Of a stretch of DNA of 64,000 nt, positions 59,098 through 64,000 are shown piece by piece. Positions within the stretch are counted from its first letter, which is position 1. Each line of letters begins with the position of its first letter. The stretch is from Steroidobacteraceae bacterium (lineage in GTDB: Bacteria > Pseudomonadota > Gammaproteobacteria > Steroidobacterales > Steroidobacteraceae), in contig JBDTAV010000007.1 of the NCBI GenBank assembly GCA_039924385.1, forward strand, positions 13,015 to 77,014, in the 5' to 3' direction. The translations under genes were made by a program, and so were the position numbers. The notes beneath the pieces were generated by a model, which was given only the letters and a program-made list of their open reading frames with translations, made no database searches and was not told where the DNA came from.

Positions 59098-59286
59098 TCA
59101 TTTACGCACCTGCGCAAGCACCGTCTTGACGCGCGCAATGTTCTTACGCACCTTCGAAAATTGATCCGGCTTCGCCGCCTGTCCCGTGGCGCGGGCCATG
59201 CGTAAATTGAATTGTTCACGGCGCAGCTTGAGCAACTCCTCGCCGAGATCTTTGGGCGCCTTCGCGCGCAAATCTTTCGCCTTCAT
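59098..59286 (-). CDS. rpmC: 50S ribosomal protein L29
   Basis: MKAKDLRAK...LLKLRREQFNLRM, 62 aa. Confidence 0.95.
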   Translation of the reverse strand: MKAKDLRAKAPKDLGEELLKLRREQFNLRMARATGQAAKPDQFSKVRKNIARVKTVLAQVRK

Positions 59287-59296
59287 GTTCGCACCT

Positions 59297-59713
59297 TTAT
59301 GTTCGGACCTGACGCTTGACGAACGCCGTCGACACGGAGAGCTTCGCGGACGCCAGGCGGAACGCCTCGCGCGCGATGGTCTCGCTCATGCCTTCGATCT
59401 CGAACAGCACCTTGCCGGGCAGCACTCTCGCCACCCAATACTCGACGTTGCCCTTGCCTGAACCCATGCGCACTTCGAGCGGCTTCTGGGTGATCGGCAC
59501 ATCTGGAAATACCCGGATCCAAATGCGTCCGCCACGCTTCACGTAGCGAGAAATCGCGCGGCGCGCCGCCTCGATCTCGCGTGCCGTCATGCGGCAGCGA
59601 TCGGTGGCCTTCAGGCCGAACTCGCCAAACGCCACGGTGTTGCCGCGTTGCGCGCTGCCCGAGATTTTGCCCTTGAATTGTTTGCGGAACTTGGTCCGCT
59701 TCGGCTGCATCAT
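59297..59713 (-). CDS. rplP: 50S ribosomal protein L16
   Basis: [15 protein letters not shown]..., 138 aa. Confidence 0.95.
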   Translation of the reverse strand: MMQPKRTKFRKQFKGKISGSAQRGNTVAFGEFGLKATDRCRMTAREIEAARRAISRYVKRGGRIWIRVFPDVPITQKPLEVRMGSGKGNVEYWVARVLPGKVLFEIEGMSETIAREAFRLASAKLSVSTAFVKRQVRT

Positions 59714-59728
59714 GCTTGAATTACCTGA

Positions 59729-60460
59729 TCAAGTAGCGGCGGGCGCCGCAGGTTCAGTGGATTTGGCGACTGCCGCCGCCGCTACGGCCTCGGCCTCGGC
59801 TTCCACGGCCTCTTCCGTCGGCTTATCGAACACTTCGCCCTTGAAGATCCAGACCTTGATGCCAATCACGCCGTAAGTGGTTTGCGCCTCGGCCAGACCG
59901 TAGTCGATGTCGGCGCGGAACGTATGCAGCGGCACGCGTCCTTCGCGATTGGTCTCGGTGCGCGCAATCTCGGATCCGTTCAAACGGCCGGAAATACGCA
60001 CCTTGATGCCCAGTGCGCCGGAGCGCATGGTGTTGGTGACAGCGCGCTTCATGGCGCGGCGGAACATCACGCGCTTTTCCAATTGCTGCGAGATGCCCTC
60101 GGCTACCAGCTTGGCGTCAAGCTCGGGCTTTCTGATTTCCGCGATGTTCAAGCGAACATCGTTCATGCCCATCCCTAAGATCTTGGCGACTGCGGTGCGG
60201 AGCTTCTCGATATCCTCGCCCTTCTTGCCGATCACGATTCCCGGCCGGGCCGTGTGAATGGTGATGTTGGCGCGCCGTGCGGCACGCTCGATGTGAATGT
60301 TGCTCACCGACGCATCCGCCAATTTCTTGTTCAGGTACTTGCGCACCAGGAAATCGGTGTGGATGTTCGAGGCAAAATTCTTCGAATGCGCATACCACTT
60401 CGACGACCAGTCGCGCGTGATGCCTAGACGAATACCAATTGGATTTACTTTCTGACCCAT
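59729..60460 (-). CDS. rpsC: 30S ribosomal protein S3 (Glu/Ala-rich C-terminal tail)
   Basis: [18 protein letters not shown]..., 243 aa. The tail reads [28 protein letters not shown]. Confidence 0.95.
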   Translation of the reverse strand: MGQKVNPIGIRLGITRDWSSKWYAHSKNFASNIHTDFLVRKYLNKKLADASVSNIHIERAARRANITIHTARPGIVIGKKGEDIEKLRTAVAKILGMGMNDVRLNIAEIRKPELDAKLVAEGISQQLEKRVMFRRAMKRAVTNTMRSGALGIKVRISGRLNGSEIARTETNREGRVPLHTFRADIDYGLAEAQTTYGVIGIKVWIFKGEVFDKPTEEAVEAEAEAVAAAAVAKSTEPAAPAAT

Positions 60461-60804
60461 TAGGCCTCTCGCTTCCCGTCGGACACTTGAACCAAGATAT
60501 GACTGTTGCGCTTGGCGATGCGCACGCCGCGGCCCTTGGCGCGGGCGTGAAAACGCTTGAGCATCGGCGCCGGATCGACCTCGACGCGCGTCACTTTCAA
60601 ATCATCGACATCGGCATTGAAATTGTTGTAGGCGTTGGCGATCGCAGAATCCAACACCTTGAGCACGATCTTCGCGCCCTTCTTCGGCATGAATTTCAGC
60701 GTATTCACCGCGAGCGTGGCCGACTTGCCGCGAATCGTATCGACCACCAGACGGCATTTCTGCGGAGAAATGCGCGCGTAACGTAAAATTGCTTTGGTCT
60801 GCAT
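60460..60804 (-). CDS. rplV: 50S ribosomal protein L22
   Basis: 114 aa. [18 protein letters not shown]. Confidence 0.95.
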   Translation of the reverse strand: MQTKAILRYARISPQKCRLVVDTIRGKSATLAVNTLKFMPKKGAKIVLKVLDSAIANAYNNFNADVDDLKVTRVEVDPAPMLKRFHARAKGRGVRIAKRNSHILVQVSDGKREA

Positions 60805-60806
60805 GC

Positions 60807-61088
60807 CTATTCCGCCGCCGTGACTTTTTTGTCGCCGGAGTGCGCCTTGAATGTGCGCGTCGGAGCGAACTCGCCGAGCTTGTGGCCGACCATGTTCTCA
60901 GACACGAGCACCGGCACATGCAACCGGCCGTTATGCACGGCGATGGTCAGGCCGACCATATCGGGAATGACCATGGAACGCCGGGACCAGGTCTTGATCG
61001 GGCGGCGATCATTCTTTTGGCTGGCGGTCTGCACTTTCTTGGCGAGGTGCAAATCCACGAACGGGCCTTTCTTGAGCGAACGAGGCAC
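60807..61088 (-). CDS. rpsS: 30S ribosomal protein S19
   Basis: [15 protein letters not shown]..., 93 aa. Confidence 0.95.
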   Translation of the reverse strand: MPRSLKKGPFVDLHLAKKVQTASQKNDRRPIKTWSRRSMVIPDMVGLTIAVHNGRLHVPVLVSENMVGHKLGEFAPTRTFKAHSGDKKVTAAE

Positions 61089-61105
61089 TTTAAGTATCTC
61101 CAGTC

Positions 61106-61942
61106 TTAGATTCGTTTGTTCTTGCGGCGCTGAAGGATCATGCCGTCAGTGCGCTTGTTGCGACGCGTCTTCTTGCCCTTGGTCTGCAAGCCCCATGGGC
61201 TCACCGGATGCGGATTTCCTTGACCGGATTTGCCTTCACCGCCACCGTGGGGGTGATCGACCGGATTCATCACCACGCCGCGCACCGTCGGACGCACGCC
61301 CAGCCAGCGCACTGCACCGGCCTTGCCGAAGACGCGCAAGTTGTGTTCATCGTTGCCGACTTCGCCAATCGTCGCGCGGCAGTCGACGTGCACTTTGCGC
61401 ATCTCGCCCGACTTCAAACGCAGGCTCGCATACACGCCTTCGCGCGCCGCAAACTGCGCGGAAGCACCGGCGCTGCGCGCCATCTGTCCGCCCTTGCCGA
61501 CCTTCAATTCGATGTTATGAACCGTGCTGCCCACCGGAATGTGCCGCAACGGCATGGCATTGCCGGCTTTGATCGGCGCGTCGGAGCCGGAACGAATCTC
61601 ATCGCCGGCCTTCACGCCCTTGGGCGCAAGAATGTAGCGGCGCTCGCCATCCTTGTAGAGCACCAACGCCAGATGCGAGGTGCGATTCGGATCGTATTCA
61701 AGGCGCTCGACGATGCCCGGAATGCCGTCCTTGTCGCGCAGGAAATCCACCAATCGATAGCGCTGCTTGTGGCCGCCGCCGATATGGCGAGTGGTCTGGC
61801 GGCCCGAATGATTGCGGGCGCCCGTGCGGTTTTTCTTGGTGGTGAGCGACGCGATCGGTCCGCCCTTGTGCAGGTGCGAGCGATCGACTTTGACTACGAA
61901 GCGCGTGCGCGGTGAGGTCGGCTTCATCTTGATGAGTGCCAT
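61106..61942 (-). CDS. rplB: 50S ribosomal protein L2
   Basis: 278 aa. GGGHKQRYR and [12 protein letters not shown] motifs. Confidence 0.95.
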   Translation of the reverse strand: MALIKMKPTSPRTRFVVKVDRSHLHKGGPIASLTTKKNRTGARNHSGRQTTRHIGGGHKQRYRLVDFLRDKDGIPGIVERLEYDPNRTSHLALVLYKDGERRYILAPKGVKAGDEIRSGSDAPIKAGNAMPLRHIPVGSTVHNIELKVGKGGQMARSAGASAQFAAREGVYASLRLKSGEMRKVHVDCRATIGEVGNDEHNLRVFGKAGAVRWLGVRPTVRGVVMNPVDHPHGGGEGKSGQGNPHPVSPWGLQTKGKKTRRNKRTDGMILQRRKNKRI

Positions 61943-61955
61943 GGCCTTGAGGCTC

Positions 61956-62258
61956 CTATTTCGCCGCGGCGCCGGTGAAGTCGATGGATTGGCCGCTGGC
62001 CAGACTCACATAGGCTTTCTTGAAGCCATTGCGCTTGCCGGGCATGTTCTTGAAGCGGCGAGTCTTGCCGGGACGGTTCAACAGATTCACGCCCTCGACC
62101 TTGACCTCGAACATGAGTTCAACGGCGCTTTTGACCTCGGCTTTCGAGGCATCGTCGCGCACCCGAAACACGTATTGATTCGCCTTTTCGGTCACGCTCG
62201 CAGCCTTCTCAGAGACATGCGGCTGAATCAGCACCGTCATTAATCGCTCTTTATTCAT
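61956..62258 (-). CDS. rplW: 50S ribosomal protein L23
   Basis: 100 aa. Position between rplD and rplB, and the [25 protein letters not shown] motif. Confidence 0.95.
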   Translation of the reverse strand: MNKERLMTVLIQPHVSEKAASVTEKANQYVFRVRDDASKAEVKSAVELMFEVKVEGVNLLNRPGKTRRFKNMPGKRNGFKKAYVSLASGQSIDFTGAAAK

Positions 62259-62875
62259 GCTGCGCCTCCGAGACGCTGGTCCAGCAACTTCAAGGCGCCC
62301 ACGGTGGCAATGACCTTGTCGTGCTTGACCAAGCTCAAGGGATCGAGAGCCGCCACGGCCATCACTTCGACGTGCGGAATGTTGCGCGCCGCCAGGAACA
62401 ATTTCTCTTCGTAGGCCTCGACCAAAATGAGCGCGCGGCTCAGGCCGAATTCAGCCAATTTGCTGATGAGCAGTTTGGTTCGCGGCGCGGAAAGCTCGAT
62501 CGACTCGACCGCAACCAATCGATCGTCACGCAGCAACTGCGACACCATGGTTTGCATGGCGGCGCGATACATCTTGCGATTGACCTTTTGCGAGAAGTCG
62601 CGCGGCTTGGCCGCGAAGGCTCGTCCGCCGCCGACCCAGATGGGGCTGCGAATCGAACCGGCGCGCGCCTGACCGGTGCCCTTCTGGCTCCAGGGTTTCT
62701 TGCCGCCGCCGCGCACTTCGGCGCGGGTCTTCTGCGCCTTGGTGCCGGAGCGGCCGGCGGCCATATAGGCGGTCACAACTTGGTGCACCAGCGCTTCGTT
62801 GTAGTCGCGCCCAAAGGCGGCATCCGACAACTGAATCTCGCTGGCCGGCTTTGCGTTTTTTAGCTGGACTTTCAT
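62255..62875 (-). CDS. rplD: 50S ribosomal protein L4
   Basis: 206 aa. [34 protein letters not shown]. Confidence 0.95.
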   Translation of the reverse strand: MKVQLKNAKPASEIQLSDAAFGRDYNEALVHQVVTAYMAAGRSGTKAQKTRAEVRGGGKKPWSQKGTGQARAGSIRSPIWVGGGRAFAAKPRDFSQKVNRKMYRAAMQTMVSQLLRDDRLVAVESIELSAPRTKLLISKLAEFGLSRALILVEAYEEKLFLAARNIPHVEVMAVAALDPLSLVKHDKVIATVGALKLLDQRLGGAA

Positions 62876-62880
62876 GCGAG

Positions 62881-63645
62881 CTACTTCTTCTCAGCTTTGG
62901 CTGCGCCAGCCTTGGGAGCAGCGGCGCCCTTGGCAGCGGCAGCGCCCTTGACGGCAGCGGGGGCCTTGTTCGGCATCAACTTCTGGCGTCGCGCCTGGCC
63001 CTTCGCCTTGACCGACGGCTTCACAATGACGCGGCCGCCCTCGGCACCCGGCACGGCGCCGCTGATGAGCAAAAGGTTACGCACTGCATCGACTTCAACA
63101 ATGCGCAAGTTTTCAATGGTGCGATTGCGCATGCCCATGTGACCGGACATGCGCTTGCCTTTGAACACGCGGCCCGGGGTCTGGCGCTGGCCGATGGAAC
63201 CAGGCGCGCGATGCGACAGGGAGTTTCCATGCGTTTTCATGCCGCCGGCAAAGTTATGCCGCTTCATGGTGCCTTGAAAACCCTTGCCCACCGTGGTGCC
63301 GGTGACATCGACGATCTGCCCGACCTTGAACATGTCGACTTTAATCTCGCCGCCGGTCGCCAGCTCCTCGCCTTCACCCTTGCCTAAGCGGAATTCTTCA
63401 GAGGTATACCCGGCGGCAACATTCGCCTTGGCGAAGTGGCCGGCGAGTGCCTTGGTGACGCGCGAAGGACGGCGGCTGCCAATGGTGACTTGGACCGCGC
63501 GATAACCGTCGGCTTTATCACTTTTGACTTGCGAGATGCGATTCGGTAACGCCTCGACCACCGTCACGGGGACGGTAACACCGGCGTCGGTGAACACTCG
63601 GGTCATGCCGCATTTGCGGCCAACCAGACCAATGGACATTGTCAA
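62881..63645 (-). CDS. rplC: 50S ribosomal protein L3 with Ala/Lys-rich C-terminal extension
   Basis: [16 protein letters not shown]-terminus. 254 aa versus about 209 in E. coli. The tail reads ...[28 protein letters not shown]. Confidence 0.95.
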   Translation of the reverse strand: MTMSIGLVGRKCGMTRVFTDAGVTVPVTVVEALPNRISQVKSDKADGYRAVQVTIGSRRPSRVTKALAGHFAKANVAAGYTSEEFRLGKGEGEELATGGEIKVDMFKVGQIVDVTGTTVGKGFQGTMKRHNFAGGMKTHGNSLSHRAPGSIGQRQTPGRVFKGKRMSGHMGMRNRTIENLRIVEVDAVRNLLLISGAVPGAEGGRVIVKPSVKAKGQARRQKLMPNKAPAAVKGAAAAKGAAAPKAGAAKAEKK

Positions 63646-63840
63646 TCCTCATACAGCGAGAGCTTCAGTGAGCCTCGCATCGTTGCGACAGATCAGCGGT
63701 TTGGACACACGGACCCCAAATTCCCTTGAGAATGTGGCGTCGGCGCCCACGCGCTCCGACCTCTAAAATGGACGCGGGAGTATAGGGATCCCATGCCTCT
63801 GGCGCAAGGGAGGGCCCATGTCGCCCCGCATCAAAAACCC

Positions 63841-64000
63841 CTAATTCAGCTTGATTTGCACGTCCACGCCGGCCGGAAGCTCGAGCTTCATGAGGGCGTC
63901 CACGGTCTTGTCCGTGGGGTTCAAAATGTCCATGAGACGCTTGTGCGTGCGGATTTCGAACTGGTCACGAGCGTCCTTATCGCCGTGCGGGGCGGTCAAA
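63841..64000 (-). CDS. rpsJ: 30S ribosomal protein S10 (3-prime part; gene continues beyond the window)
   Basis: Hand translation of the minus strand: ...[48 protein letters not shown], closely parallel to E. coli S10. Confidence 0.9.
   Translation of the reverse strand, partial: LTAPHGDKDARDQFEIRTHKRLMDILNPTDKTVDALMKLELPAGVDVQIKLN

Overview
High-GC proteobacterial chromosomal segment. Gene content and order look gammaproteobacterial (Xanthomonadales/Nevskiales-like), but that is inference only. It is mostly core genome. The right-hand 14 kb (50.0-64.0 kb, minus strand) is a contiguous S10-spc-alpha ribosomal protein cluster: rpsJ (partial) through rplC...rpsQ...secY-rpmJ-rpsM-rpsK-rpsD-rpoA-rplQ. 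Other conserved blocks are leuS-lptE, miaB-ybeZ-ybeY-corC-lnt, divergent ssb/uvrA, pyrD, folE, pepQ and an AspC/TyrB-type aminotransferase. Between them sit metabolic and envelope genes: a quinohemoprotein PQQ alcohol dehydrogenase overlapping an acyl-CoA ligase, two exported M20 peptidases, a C13 legumain-like membrane peptidase, an epoxide-hydrolase-like protein, an amino-acid permease, Lrp plus a glycosyltransferase opposite a saccharopine dehydrogenase, MerR-MscS, GST, an IclR-controlled Zn-ADH, PhyH, OsmC, a PLC/AcpA-family phosphoesterase, bactofilin, HDOD and GNAT. I found no rRNA, tRNA, CRISPR array, transposase, integrase or phage gene, and no convincing multi-gene novel system (defence island, toxin-antitoxin, retron or similar). 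The leads worth a second look are single-locus oddities. (1) A membrane-spanning Hanks-type pseudokinase fused to a TonB C-terminal domain. (2) A MerR (CxCx5C)-MscS overlapping pair, divergent from a strongly SD-led His-motif small ORF with a structured leader. (3) A second, divergent lnt paralogue next to leuS. (4) An AT-rich 300-bp island with a palindrome and a terminator-like hairpin upstream of a TonB-like hypothetical gene. (5) A perfect 30-bp palindrome between iclR and an operon led by an internally deleted acyl-CoA dehydrogenase. (6) Four gene remnants (ACAD, pirin, P-loop NTPase, response-regulator receiver), pointing to local gene decay. (7) Ala/Lys-rich extensions on several ribosomal proteins and an unusually long rpsJ-rplC spacer. 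All calls come from reading the translated ORFs and the DNA by eye, with no database search. Many start codons were re-picked from homology memory and SD spacing and may be off by a few codons.
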